Below are positions 25,287-40,432 of a DNA stretch of 64,000 nt, piece after piece (position 1 is the stretch's first letter; every line of letters begins with the position of its first letter). Position numbers and translations under genes: made by a program. The notes beneath the pieces were generated by a model. That model was not told the origin of the DNA, made no database searches, and saw nothing but the letters and a program-made list of their open reading frames with translations. Source of the DNA: Octopus vulgaris (lineage: Eukaryota); contig OX597833.1 of assembly GCA_951406725.2 (NCBI GenBank), positions 22,692,001-22,756,000 of the forward strand, given 5' to 3'.

Positions 25287-28197
25287 ATACATACATACAT
25301 ACATACATACATACATACATACATACATACATACATACATACACACACACACACTACTAAATGTCTTCTATACTGTGAATCTCTGGATCTCTTTTGTGGA
25401 CTATACATACACGCACGCGCGCGCAAACACACACACACACACACATATGATGAAGTGTCCCGTCGAAGACGACCTTTTGTGCGTTCAGCTTTTGCCGAAC
25501 GACCTGCACAAATGATTCGTTTATAGTAATCAAATGTTCGTGCGACACATTAAACCCCACCCACCCCAATCAAAAAATCGTTGTTTGGACAGGTACCACG
25601 CGTTAGGTGTCGAAGTGATCGCAGAGCAGCGTGAGATGAAGTACTTTGTCCAAGAACAACGCACTACCTGGTCTAGGAATTGAAACCACGATTTCGCAAT
25701 AGTGAGTATGCATGTACGTGTGTTTATGTGCTTAAGTATGTGTGTGTATTATTTAGCTTATCAGCCCTGACTGAACAAATCTGTGATTAAAGGTGGTAAT
25801 GTGTGTTTCGATGGACATTTAATAGATATTTGTAACAGTTCAAACGAACAGGTAGAAGCCCTCTGTTGTTTTGTATTAAATTCTCTTCCGTTCCGTGAGA
25901 GAAGGTTTTAATTTTTATTCCATAGAAAAATGCCTCTTCCATTTGTCATAAAAGTTGGCCTGCTTAGTAACATCTATTGTCACTGTATTCCCTGTTGCCT
26001 CTTTTGATCTCATAAAGAACACATTGTTTGTAATAGAAATGTCGATTTTCTTTTTACAAGTAAATTAATCATTTAATTTAGTGAATAAGAAATGCTGATC
26101 TTCAAATCTCTCTTAGAAATATTTGAAGTGTATGACTATTTTGGCACAAGGCCAGCAGTTTAAAGAGAGGGGTAAACCGATTACTTCGGCCCCACTGTTC
26201 AACTGCTACTTATTTTATCGTCCCCGAAAGGATAAAAAGCAAAGTCGACCCCGTCGGAATTTGACCACAGAACGTAAAGATGGACGAAATACCGCTAAGC
26301 ATTTTTCCCGGAGTGCTAATGATTCTGCCTGTTCGCCGCCCTAGTGAATATAAATATTTTACTTAGTTGATTGCCCTTTTATAGTATATTTTTCATAACT
26401 AAGGTTCGATTTCTAGTTGACGCCATCTCAATTCACTTACAATAACGGTATTTAGACAGTAATGAACATCACTTTCCATTGTTTGTCTCTAAGTTACATG
26501 ATTATTTTACTCATGAAAAGAAAAATCAGCGTGGTACCTTAGGCAAGTGTCTTCTGTTATAGCTACTGGCCCACTAATGACTTCTGAGTGAATTTGGTGG
26601 ACAGAAACTGTGTGGGAGCCCACTATATGCTCCAGCATGACCGCAGCCTTTGGGCTGGATCACATAAAGGGATGAAGGAATATGTTTGTATATGTATGCA
26701 TGGTATGTCGTTGTGTCTGTGTTTCCCCTTCACCACTTGACAACCAGTGTTGTTTTGTTTACGTCCCCTATAAATCTGCGGTCCAGTGAAAAGAAGCCGA
26801 TAGATGAGTACCAAAATTAAAAAAGAAGATTAGTACTAGGGTCGATTTGTTCGAATAAAACCCTTCCAGACATTTCCCCAACATGGCTGCGGTTCAATGA
26901 ACAAGTTTAAAGATAAATTTCTGTTTCAGACTGTCTTCTTTGATGGATTCAAAATATATCTTTTTAAGGCTTTGAAATAAATCGGAACTATATGCAAATC
27001 CAGGAACGGGTACACCAAGGAACGGGTACACCGGGCAGTTGCCCGGCTGCTTCACAGTTTTAGGGGAATAATTCCGATCAACGTAAATCGTAGCCACTGT
27101 CAATAAGTAAATACCAAAGGGCTCAGTACATTGATTTGTCCAAGGGCATATAATGCTGCAAAGACGGCCTTGATTAATTCCATTTCATCCCCTTCAGTGA
27201 GTGTGCCTACGTATAGTTTTCCCTTCCGTAGATAGTAGTATGTGTAATATAAATGTGATATAGTAAAAACATATTTTTCTTTTATTTCATTTATCGTCTT
27301 TCTTTGAGACATATTATGTATTCTGGGTCCTCAACAATTGACTACAACCAATTCTGGATGGGTTAGCAGTTCAATATATCTCTGAGATATTCTAGAAAAG
27401 AAATGAAGAGCACTATAAGAAAATTCTGAGTGAAGCATAAGTACGTAACATATATTGATAACTATTAATTGTAGTAAATTTTTTCTTTTCTTTTTTTATC
27501 TGGCTGATTCAGAAATAATGGAAAAACAAGATTAAGAACTGAAATTGTGAACTAAAACAGTGCTTTGTAAAATAAACTGGAAGATCAGAAGAGATCCTAC
27601 TTTCTTGTGTGAATCTCAGATAATGGGAAAGTAAACAAACAGAATTGGGAAATTAAAATGTTTAAGAGGAAGTTGAATTGTTGCATTAAGGAGACAAGTT
27701 GTAAGGAAAGCTCAACGAAAGTAATGTGTTCTATTGACGATAACGAATAACGCAATCTCTTGAGAAACGAAGACGCACGCATACACATTACTGTATACCA
27801 AAATCCTTAAAGAAACAACTTGAAACCTGAAACAAAGTTAGTTACAACTTTAAAAAGTAAAGCAAAAAAGAGAAGAGAATGATGTTAATTATAAGAAAAC
27901 AGTGGAGTACTATTATTTCTAATTGCTCGAAGCTATTTCTGCTGAGCAGAATGGGAGAAGCAAAAGCAATTACATAAGAAGCAACTATTCGTTAAGTGCT
28001 CAATGTAAGATGAAGCAAATTCAACTGTTTGATTTTGTATACTCTACGACATGAATATATAATTGTAGACACGGGTTCGGTTCACAGATATATACGTTGC
28101 TGTATTGCCTACACTTCAGAGACATACTGTTCTGGATAGGTAAAGTGGACAGTGCCCGCATGAAATTATAAATGTAATTAAATATAGATATAAATAG

Positions 28198-28441
28198 TAT
28201 TGCTGTATTTAGAGATGGTCATGTTGCCAGTTTAGCCAATAAAAACACACGCACTATATATTTGGTGTTAATTTGCTTCAGCTTTATTTATTTTTTTACA
28301 TTAATCTTAATCTTATTTTTAAGAATAAGATTAAGATAAATGCAAAAATAGATAAAACTGAAGCAAATTAACACCAAATATATAGTGCGTGTGTTTTTAT
28401 TGGCTAAACTGGCAACATGATCATTCCTGAATACAACAATA
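28198..28441. repeat. ~244-bp palindromic element with almost no spacer
   Basis: CATGTTGCCAGTTTAGCCAATAAAAACACACGCACTATATATTTGGTGTTAATTTGCTTCAG is exactly inverted in the right half. Confidence 0.85.
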
Positions 28442-29014
28442 TCTGTTTCAACACACGATTTCACATCAAGAATCTTGCAAAACAAAACATATAAATAGTA
28501 TTTTTATAAATAGTAAATTTATATACCATTATATCAATGGTAACTCAATGCGTGGGATTCACTGGATGACTTTGTATATGCATCGGTGTATGTTAATACA
28601 AACGTCGTATAAATATAAGATATACCTATATAACCTGTCTGCTTGTTCACGCGGGTACAACCCACCTAGCCGTTTTCTAATTCTTATATAAATATGCACA
28701 TACATATGTACATGCATCAAACGCAAGACTTCAAAACGTGGCATTCATATGCATACAAACATACATATACGTATACGTGTATGTATATATGTGAGTATTT
28801 ATGTATGTGAGTGTTTCTTGTCAAAATATGTTTATCTCATAGTGATAAAACCTTTTGCAGACAGTTTATTGATATTAATGCCTACTGCCAAACGTAGGTA
28901 TTTACTCACGGTAAATTCATGCAACATTTACTGGGAAGAAAGGTTACAAATGATAGCATTTCTCTGCTCAAATGGGGAAGAAAATAAAAGTGGGACAATG
29001 AATAACAAAATAGG

Positions 29015-29209
29015 TGCAGGCATGGCTGTGTGATAAGAAGTTTGTTTCCCAACCACAAGGTTTCGAGCTCAGTTCCCCTGCGTGGTACCTTGGACAAATG
29101 TCTTTTACTATATAGCCTCGGACCGACCAACGCTTTATGAGTGGATTTGGTTGACTGGAACTGTGTGGAAGCTCGTCGTAGATATTTATTTGTGTGTGTG
29201 GTGTGTGTG

Positions 29210-29280
<71 letters not shown>

Positions 29281-29770
29281 GCACTTTGGGCAAGTGTCTT
29301 CTACCAGAGCCTCGGGCCGACCAAAGCCTTGCGAGTGGATTTGGTAGACGGAAACTGAAAGAAGCCCGTCGTATATATGTATATGTATATATATATGTGT
29401 GTGTATGTTTGTGTGTCTGTGTTTGTCACCTCCAACATCGCTTGACAACCGATACTGACGTGTCTACGTCTCCGTAACTTAGCGGTTCGACAAAAGAGAC
29501 CGATAGAATATGTACTAGGCTTACAAAGAATACATCTTGGGGTCTATATATATATATATATATATATGTAAGTGGGTGTATTTGTGTTTGTGTTTGCTCC
29601 ACACACGGCTTGACAGCCGAAGTTTGTTTGCTTGAGTCCCTGTAACGAAGCGGTTCGACAAAAAAACAAATAAAAATAATAATAAAAACCGATAGAATAA
29701 GTAACAAGCTTAAAAAAAGAAAGTCCTGGGGTCGATTTGTTTTACTATCCAATGGCTGAAACAAATAAGA
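29015..29770 (+). mobile_element. nested/tandem family B SINEs
   Basis: Two heads (29015 and about 29278) and two tails separated by (TA)n. Confidence 0.75.
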
Positions 29771-30633
29771 AATAAAAATGATTAAAGATCACTCTGACGA
29801 TAAAAAGCCTTTTTTTTTTTTTTTTTTACTAAGAACGTATAAAAAAATGAAATAAAAATAATATTTATTTCTAATTTTGGCACAAGGCCGTCAGATTCAG
29901 GAGCAGGAGAAGTCGATTACATCGACCCCAGTACTCAAATAGTACTTGTTTTATCGACCCCGAAAGGATGAAGGGCGAAATCGACATCGGCGAAATTTAA
30001 ACTGAAAACGTGAAGACGAACGAAATGGCGCTAAGCATATCGCCCAACGTGCTTAACGATTCTGGCAACCCGCAGCCTTTGGAATAAAAATAATATTGTA
30101 TTGAAGCGTAGCTGAAATATTGAAATATGGACAAGATAGAAATTATACAAGCAATGAGAGTACCTTTGATAAATTTGGGCCTATGTGTCAGTAATGGTAT
30201 TACCTAAAAAGCAGAATACGACATGAATTAACGTTAATATTTACGCTGTATACCGGATAATGTTGATGATAGTGATGCCTGTGATGTGATGTTGATGATG
30301 GCATTAATTATTATGATGACCATAACTGCCATACAAGTGATGATGATGTATAGGTATTGTTGTGGTGTAACTGTAATAGCGATGTAGCTTGTTGATGTTT
30401 TTCGTTTGTTTAATATTTCGTCCGGATTGTCTCTTCAGAGACGTGCCACGAGTATAACTGCTAATATTTGGTAGTGTTGGTGGTAACTAACAGTTATGTA
30501 CCTAAAGAAGAAAATGAAGGGGACTGTTTAATAATATATGTGCATATGCTTATATATATGTGTGTGTGTGTGTGTGTCTCTATTTGTGTGTGTGAGTGTG
30601 TGTGTGTGTGCGTGTCCGTATTTGTGTGTGTGA

Positions 30634-30672
<39 letters not shown>

Positions 30673-30718
30673 TATATATATATATGTACACACAACACAC
30701 ACACACACACACACACAC

Positions 30719-30768
<50 letters not shown>

Positions 30769-31139
30769 CTGAATATCTATCTATATGTGTATATATATGT
30801 ATAAACACACACACACATATATGCATGTATGTGTGTATGAATATAAGCATTGTTCTATGTGAGCGTTACGGTTGGTGTGTGTGTGGGGAGGGGCGTTTTT
30901 TTCGGTGTCGATGTTGATAGCAGTAACTGCGATGTGAATGATTTAGGAGTAGGGGTGGTATTGGGGGTGGGGTGGGGCAGGGAGGGATTAAAAGGGTGCA
31001 GGAGTATTGGGTGGGAGGGATATAGTAATGGTTTAGGACGATAACGACCTTCACCCTTTCACCCGATCACCTGAGGACCAATCTGTGAGACTACAGATTG
31101 CTTACATTAAGGACAGCAACAGCAACAACAAGAGTAACA

Positions 31140-31270
31140 AAGAAGAAGCAGAAGAAGAGGGAGGAGGAGAAGAAGCAGAAGAAGAAGAAGAAGAAGAAGA
31201 AGAAGAAGAAGAAGAAGAAGAAGAAGAAGAAGAAGAAGAAGAAGAAGAAGAAGAAGAAGAAGAAGAAGAA
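31140..31270. repeat. (GAA)n microsatellite
   Basis: Pure GAA tract that produces the poly-E/K/F ORFs. Confidence 0.95.
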
Positions 31271-33020
31271 AATAAGTTGTGACACCATTATTATCATTAC
31301 AACAGGCTTTGCGATAAAACAGGGCTTTATCACTGAATATTTAAGAAGTTTCATTTTTTGGTGTCACCGTCAAACGATATGGCTTCTGTATCGCTGAAAT
31401 AATTTAAACGTTTGATAAAATTGCTCACGTCTTGGTTTGCTAAACTTAGATCTAAAACTATAATATGTGACTACATGTTCATCTTGTAACTGATACTGCG
31501 TGAGTAAATGTTCGTCTGGTTTTGAATGTCAGTTAGTGTACGTGCGTTGTGGTGTGTTGTGATATATGTGTGTGTGAGTGTGTCTGTGTGTAGATGTATG
31601 CCTGTTGTTACATGTATATGTGTTTATGAATGTGAATAAGTGAATATCTGAAGGTGCCTGGAGGTGGTGTGTTTGAATATCTGAGAGAAAGTTGTATCTG
31701 TCATGTGTAAGCACGTGTGCTAAAAGTGCGTACTGAAACGTGTAGATGTGTGTGGTTCTGCTCGTGCTATCGCAGTGTGTATGCCTATATACATGTATGT
31801 ATGTATATATGTATGTACGTATGTATGTATAATTTATATATAAATATGTGTGTATATGGGTATGTGTGTAAATGGTGTGTCTATGATGTATACTTATATA
31901 TGGGTGTGTACGTGTGTATGTATATATATATATGTGTGTGTGTGTGTGTTTGTGTGAGTGTCTATGTATGTGTGTGCGCGTGTATGTACATGTTTTCTGT
32001 GAAATACTTTTTATCATTAGACGAACATTCAGTAACAACGTGACAAGCGAGTGACATAGAAATGATGGAATTCTTGTTACAAAATCCTTGATAAGACAGT
32101 GTAGTGTGCATCATAATGTAGCTAGAAAAAAAAAAAGAAAGAAATAGACATCGCAATGTCTCTTACACAATATTACTTTCTTGAGTGGAAGACAATGGAA
32201 AATTTTTGCTTCTACTACTTTTGATAAACTCGGTAGAGCGACAGCCAAAAATATTTCCTGGTATTTAGTTACATCTCGTTAGGTTCTAAGTTTAAATCCT
32301 GCTGAGATCAGCTTTGCCTTTCATCCTTTTGGAGATGATTTTAAAAACATGGAAAAGAACTAGCAAGCGCGTGAGTTGATGGTACCGACCCCCCGCCTTA
32401 GCTCAAGTTTGCTGTCCTTGACCCCCATTTAGAAATAGTTATTATTAAGGCTGCGAGCTGGAAATCATTTCTTCTGGCTTTACTTTTCTAAGTTCAAATG
32501 CCATCGAGATCAGCTTTACTTTTCATCCTTTTGGGATCAATGAAATAAGAACCAGTAACTACTGGGATGAATGCTATCGACATTCTCACCCCAACTCAAA
32601 ATTTCAATCCCTGTGCTTATAGAAGAAAGGATTATTATTATTATATTCCATCAATGATCATCCCATTCTTCTTTATATACCAATGACTCCATTATCTGTT
32701 ATCCTTCATTATTTAAGACAGTTGTGCAAGATGTTTTGGAGGCTTTAGTAGTTATTTCTAGCATATAGGCTGACTACTTAGAGGATTACAAGTTAGCTGG
32801 TGCGCCTGTAAATCTTGGTGGTAGTAACAGCAGAGACAGAGCAAAGTAAACTTGGTTACGGCGCGACAGTTGCCACCTATTGCATTTATTATTGGTACTG
32901 TGCATCCCAGCAGAAAACAAGGGGCTAATGATGCTTCTAACACTGTTGCATTGTATTTTCTTTATGTTTGTCTGAAGGGGGAAGAATTTTCTGTTCTTAG
33001 AATGTATTATTATTATTATT

Positions 33021-33452
33021 CAGTAGTTTTATTTTTTATAGCGTGCTTTCACTTCACTACCGAGCGCAGCTCTGTGTGCCTTGGGTATGTGCTGTGATTT
33101 GTTGTGATGCTCTGATAGTTATTGTATGGAAAGTGTTCTGCGTAGGATGTGTGCAGTGCCTAGTAGTGCAATTTTCTGTATGTTATATGTGTTTGTAAGT
33201 CCTGGTGTTTTTGTTATGTATTTGTCTGAATATTTTTTTATCATGCCTAAGGCACCTACTATGATAGGAATTGTTTCTGTTTTTAGATTCCACATTCTGG
33301 TTACCTCTATTTCCAGGTCTTTGTATTTTGAAAGTTTCTCCATTTCTTTTAGAGACACGTTGTCATCTGCCGGTATTGATACATCAATTAGAAAGCATTT
33401 TTTTCTTCATGATCTCTGACAACTATATCTGGTCTGTTGGCCTTAATTTCTC

Positions 33453-33453
<1 letters not shown>
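33021..33453 (-). mobile_element. 5'-truncated R4/Dong retrotransposon (REL endonuclease C-terminus + 3' UTR)
   Basis: NRPDIVV..CFLIDVSIP..EKLSKYKDLEIEV..PIIVGALG..QKIALLGTAHILRR; (TAA)n on both sides. Confidence 0.9.
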
Positions 33454-33498
<45 letters not shown>

Positions 33499-33501
<3 letters not shown>

Positions 33502-33903
33502 TAGTTTTATTTTTATAGCGTGCTTTCACTTCACTACCGAGCGCAGCTCTGTGTGCCTTGGGTATGTGCTGTGATTTGTTGTGATGCTCTGATGGTTATT
33601 GTATGGAAAGTGCTCTGCGTAGGATGTGTGCAGTGCATAGTAGTGCAATTTTCTGTATGATATACGTGTTTGTAAGTCCTGGTGTTTTTGTTATGTATTT
33701 GTCTGAATATTTTTTTATCATGCCTAATGCACCTACTATGATAGGAATTGTTTCTGTTTTCAGATTCCACATTCTAGTTACCTCTATTTCCAGGTCTTTG
33801 TATTTTGAGAGTTTCTCCATTTCTTTTAGAGACACGTTGTCATCTGCCGGTATTGATACATCAATTAGAAAGCATTTTTTTTCTTCATGATCTCTGACAA
33901 CTA

Positions 33904-33906
<3 letters not shown>
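33499..33906 (-). mobile_element. second near-identical truncated R4/Dong copy in tandem
   Basis: Same peptide and UTR, different 5' truncation point, separated by (TAA)n. Confidence 0.9.
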
Positions 33907-33958
<52 letters not shown>

Positions 33959-34507
33959 GAGTGAGAGAGCAGTGCATGCCATCAAAGTGACACTGGGGTA
34001 AAATATACGAAGCCCAATATACCCATCATGACTACCCGTCTGATAAAGGTACACCAGGCACATGCATCACAACCATATGTGCGCGACATGGTGATCTCAT
34101 ATCAAGATAAACAGCACATGACCTTGCAGGTGGGGCCCAGTTAGAATTTTCTTCAGGTTGAGTAGCCCATCCCGCTCAAAAGGTCCCTGAATAAGGGTTG
34201 TTTAAGGATGTTGAAAGAACCACCCATGTTTCCAGAGGTGAATTATTCAAACCCCAAAGAATCCCTCTCAACACATGGCTATGATGCTCCCCCACTACTT
34301 CTGCTCGTGATCAGAGATGCACATATCGTCAGCCACTAAGGGACATGCCCAACTGGTTAAGGTCAAACAACTGACAAGCAAATCTGTGGTATTGAGCAGA
34401 ATATTTACTGTAGCCCATCTTTTATAACAAGACAAAACAATGTACATGATAACACTTCCAATCAGTTAAGATCAGAAGCCATGAGAGCCACTGCCTGGTA
34501 CTGCATC
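33959..34507 (-). mobile_element. ~555-bp (AAT)n-associated element, minus copy
   Basis: Reverse complement of about 2974-3522. Confidence 0.85.
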
Positions 34508-34524
34508 TATTTTTATTATTATTA

Positions 34525-34653
<129 letters not shown>

Positions 34654-35189
34654 GTAGTAGTAGTAGTAGTAGTAGTAATGAAAGTAACAGTATTGTTCTG
34701 AGCATGTTGTATACGTGCCTATTTACTTTGCCAGAATGACTGCACATATAACGACAGGGACTGTAGGGGGCGGGGGGTTAAAGCTTGTTTGCAACAACAG
34801 ACTATGATCCATACATTTCCAGGTGAGCTTTTTCTCTTTAGTATGTTTTTTTTTACTCATTATATAGTTGATATATGGGTGTTTTCCATGTGTAATCTGA
34901 AATGATGAGAAAGGCACAGTTTTCTGATCTCTGTAATTTACTATAGAACGATTACCGCCTTCTGGCAAGGCTGATATAATTCTTAATGAATTGAATCCAT
35001 TGATTACTTACTTGTGTTGTTTCCTTGGTATCGACCAAATGTGGTGTGTAGAAGAAATCTAAGTACGTTTCGGCAGAGTTTTGCTTTTTCGACTGTGACT
35101 TCTACGCGTGCTGTGAGTACTATAGAGTTATAACTTCTATAATTTTTTGTCTCTGCTAGTGTAATATCCTTTTCACCTTTCATCGTGAA

Positions 35190-36020
35190 GGCATGTGGTC
35201 AAATGGTTAGGGTATTCGGCTCACGATCGTAGGGTCATGGGTTCGATACTCGGCGGTGCGTTATGTCCTTGAGCAAGACACTTTATTTCGCGTTGGTCCT
35301 CTCAGCTGGCAAAAGTGAGTTGTACCCGTATTTCAAAGGTCCAGCATTGTGACATTTTGTGTCACATTGAATCTCCATGAGAACTACCGTAAATCCTCGA
35401 TTATAGTCCGCCCTTGAGTATTATACGCAGGGGATTTTTAGGGGGCTGTGCCTCTGAAAAACCTAAACCTTGTGTATAATATGCACCCCCTCTCTAACTT
35501 GAGTCGTGCGTAATTAAGCCAGCAGCACCTAGTGGAACAAACACTTCCGCGCATGCGTAATACAATAATGGTGATGTTCTTAACTGTTATATGGGAATGT
35601 AAATATGTTTAAAAATTGTTTTTGTTATATATTATTCTGTGTTCTGAATAATTTTATTTTAATAAATGTTGCTTACTGCAAGTTATGGATGATTCTTTTA
35701 TGACTTCATTGCTTTCAGGCTTAGCTTAAGGTATTTTCGTGTCCGACATCACAAAATGCGTCTGAATAAACATTGCCGGGCAGTAAATAGAGACTCGGAC
35801 ATTGCTTAGAAAATAATTTTCATTTTTAACCTCGTATATAATACGCACTAGGGATTTTGACCTTTAAATTTTAGGGAAAAAAATGCGGATTATACTCGAG
35901 GATTTATGGTACGTTAAGAGTACACGTGTCTGTGGATTGCCCAACCAACAGTTGCATGTTAATTTCAAGTGCGGGCTCTTCCGTTGATCGGATCCTTTAT
36001 CGTTGTAACCGATGGAGTGC
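35190..36020 (+). mobile_element. tRNA-headed SINE interrupted by a MITE
   Basis: GGCATGTGGTCAAATGGTTAGG..GGTTCGATAC head; body resumes after 35911. Confidence 0.65.
35387..35909. mobile_element. Tc2/pogo-type MITE
   Basis: TIRs CCGTAAATCCTCGA / TCGAGGATTTATGG; TA duplicated at 35385-35386 and 35910-35911. Confidence 0.8.
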
Positions 36021-36553
36021 TAGTTTCTTTCTTTCTTTTTTTTTCACCTTTTACATGTTTCAGTCATTGGAATGCGATCATGATGGGGCATCGGTTTGAA
36101 GAATTTTAGACGAAAAAGAAAAAGAAAAAATGACGCCAGCATTTACTTTTTAAAGGCTGGTTCTTGTTGGACTCTATTAACGAACCGCTAAAATACGGGG
36201 ACGCAAACGAAAACAATATCGGTTGTCATGTGGTGTGGGAGATGAAAGCCAGGCACATATATGTGTGTATGTATGTATGTATGTATGTATGTATGTATGT
36301 ATGTATGTATGTATGTATGTATGTATGTATGTATGTATGTATGTATGTATGTATGTATGTATGTATGTATGTATGTATGTATGTATGTATGTGTACGTAT
36401 GCATACACACGACGGGCTTTTTCCGCCTCCCAAATTCACTCGCAAAACATTGGTCGACCCTGAGCTACAGTCGAAAACAGTTGCCCAAGGTGCCACATAA
36501 CGGGACTGAACCCGGAAACACATAGTTGCAAAACGTTGGAAGCCTGTCGTAAG

Positions 36554-36606
<53 letters not shown>

Positions 36607-37317
36607 GCTTGTGTATATCTTTGTACCTGTGTTTGTCTCCGTCTACCCCTTGAAAGCTGGTCATTCTTCTTACCCTGCCGTAATTTTGCGCTTCTGCATT
36701 TGAGACCGATAACTATCAGACTTCAAATAAGTACAGGCTTGATAACTTCATGCTTATTATAAGTACCAGACTTAAGAATAAGTACTTGGCTCGAAATGTA
36801 CGACTAAGTCCCTTCAAGGAGGTGCCCCAGTATGGCCACATTCCAATGGCTAAAACAAGTAAAGAATAAAAGATAAAATATGTGGGTGTAGATATAGTCC
36901 TTTTTTTCTTTTTAATATGAGGGTGAAAGGTTGGATCCTTGCAGTACTCCAATCGGAATCTTTCAAACCCTGGATATGGTGTATCATTCCTTTTAATTGG
37001 GATTGGAGTAGGTTAGCAAATATGCTTCTCTGTAAGGCACAAGTCATAATAACCTCATCAGCTCTACCGTCCCCTCTGCTCCAATGTATAATGTATAGCA
37101 AAATGATGTCAAAGACCGGTGATAGCATTAAGTGCAGCGAACACAGTTGCAGCGGTTATGATGAGTTTCACCTGAATTCCCTGATGTGTACAAACGAATA
37201 AAATGTTTGGTGAGCAAAAACTTTCATTTAGATATTTTACAAATGGTAAAAGAAAAAAAGAAAAAAGAAGCAAAAAACAAAAACAAACAAACAAACCCAA
37301 ACCAAAGGAAAAACAAA

Positions 37318-37700
37318 GTGGTAAGTAGCTTGCTAACCAACCACATGGTTCCGGGTTCAGTCCCATTGCGTGGCATCTTGGGCAAGTGTCTTCTGCTATA
37401 GTCTCGGGCCGACCAATGCCTTGTGAGTGGATTTGGTAGACGGAAACTGAAAGAAGCCTGTCGTATATATGTATATATATTTATGTGTGTGTATATGTTT
37501 ATGTATCTGTGTTTGCTTGACAACCGATGCTGGTGTGTGTATGTCCCCGTCACTTAGCGGTTCGGCAAAAGAGACCGATAGAATAAGTACTGGGCTTACA
37601 AAGAATAAGTCCCGGGGTCGATTTGCTCGACTAAAGGCGGTGCTCCAGCATGGCCGCAGTCAAATGACTGAAACAAGTAAAAGAGTAAAGAGTAAAAGAG
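37318..37700 (+). mobile_element. family B SINE
   Basis: Near-complete body and tail as at 21365. Confidence 0.85.
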
Positions 37701-38453
37701 TATAGTTACGCACACATGTTCATATACATTTAAACATGAGACACACATGCAAGAATATATTCTAAACATTCTTTTCCATCTTGTTACCTTTTTCATTTCA
37801 GTTTTCCAAGGTCACTAATTACACGTATGGAGCACCTGAACATACACACATATACAACACACACGCTCCACAAACACCTACACTCAAGACACACATACAA
37901 CATACACTTACCACACAACACACAACACACACACGTATGCTCAAACACAAACGAAATGTAATCGTTGCTGAAATGTCATCATATTTCATTCTCCTTTCAA
38001 CCTGAATCTTATCTCCTATCTGCTAAAGAATCCGTTTTTTTTTTTAATTAATTATAATAGCTTGCCCCCCCCCCCCCTCCACACTCAACACTCAAATCCG
38101 ATTCAGCTAGTTTACCCGTGTCGGAAAGCTTTTTTAAAACTTGAAGAAATCAAGGAAATACTATAATAGTTGCGTTCAACAACACCGATTTAGCATCCTA
38201 GTCCTGAACGATCCTTCTTATATTCTGATGTAGGCATTCAGGAGAGAGAGAGAGAGGGGGGGGGAGAAAGAGAGGAAGAGAAAGAAAGAGAAAAAAGAAA
38301 GAGGGGTAGGGAGAAACCACTTTTATGGTGCTCTAGCAGTCAGTTTCAACCATCAATAACAGTTCGTATATGTAACCCACCTCAACCAACGAGAACCAAC
38401 TAGCTCATATCTTTCGAAAATATAGATTCTTTCCTTGATATATCTAATATTGC

Positions 38454-38853
38454 AGGGCGGCGAGCTAGCAGAAACGTTAGCCCGCCGGGCGAAATGCCTA
38501 GCGGTATTTCGTCTGCGTTACGTTCTGAGTTCAAATTCCGCCAAGGTCGACTTTGCCTTTCATCCTTTCGGGGTCGATAAATTAAGTACCAGTTACGCAC
38601 CGGGGTCGATATAATCGACTTAATCCCTTTGTCTATCCTTGCTTGTCCTCTCTGTGTTTAGTCCCTTGTGGGTAGTAAAGAAATAGGTATTCCGTCTGCC
38701 GTTACGTTCTGAGTTCAAATTCTGCCGAGGTCGACTTTGCCTTTCATCCTTACAGGGTCGATTAAATAAGTACGCACTGTAATCGATTTAATCCCTTTGT
38801 CTGTCCTTGTTTGTCCCTCTATGTTTAGCACCCTGTGGGCAATAAAGAAATAA
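38454..38853 (+). mobile_element. family A SINE dimer (full + partial)
   Basis: Whole unit flanked by 16-bp TSD ATATATCTAATATTGC (38438-38453, 38854-38869). Confidence 0.85.
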
Positions 38854-39477
38854 ATATATCTAATATTGCCTGAACGATAAGTGTGTGTTCTCCAAGCAAC
38901 AACTTCAAAGGATTCCTGATTTACATACATAGTTACACCACACACACTCACACACACACATACACACATATATTGATGAAAATATGATAAAAGTATTATG
39001 TAAATAAAGCATGATATAAAAGAATGAAATGAGTCAAAAAGAGAGGGAAAGAAAAACGAAATGGAGATGTAGACACACGCGCACACACACACCCAAACAC
39101 CAAAGAGAAAACAAAAATATATAATAGAGAAAGAGATTCAGAGCGAGATTGAGACAGTGCGAGAAGGAGATAAAGAAAAGGAGAGCAAATAATGTAAGAG
39201 GTGTGTCTCTTACTTTATCTCAGTGTATCACGAATTCAGATGCTTTATAGCTACGAGGTGAGCAAGGGAAATTAAATGGAAAACTGAGAGGGTAAGAAAC
39301 CGCAAAACTAATTAAAAGCAGATAAATAGACACAGATATATAGAGAGAAATAGATTGATAGATAGTGTCTTTTACAATAGGCTCGGGCCGACGAAGCTTG
39401 TAAGTAGGTCTGGTGAACAGAAGCTGAAAGAAGCCCGTCGGGTGTGTGTGTGTAAATATATATATATATATATATAT

Positions 39478-40432
<955 letters not shown>

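Noticed and set aside
27000-27360. Possible hAT MITE starting at the duplicated AGGAACGGGTACAC
   Set aside because: Termini are too degenerate and no TSD is found.
34455-34507. Resemblance of the 555-bp element end (ATCAGTTAAGATCAGA, CCTGGTACTGCA) to U2 snRNA segments
   Set aside because: Matches are short, mismatched and wrongly spaced, with no Sm site or branch-point pairing region; probably chance.
36915-37200. Minus-strand GVLQGSNLSP resembling an RT motif, and nearby ORFs
   Set aside because: Single short motif preceded by a stop, with no supporting flanking motifs.
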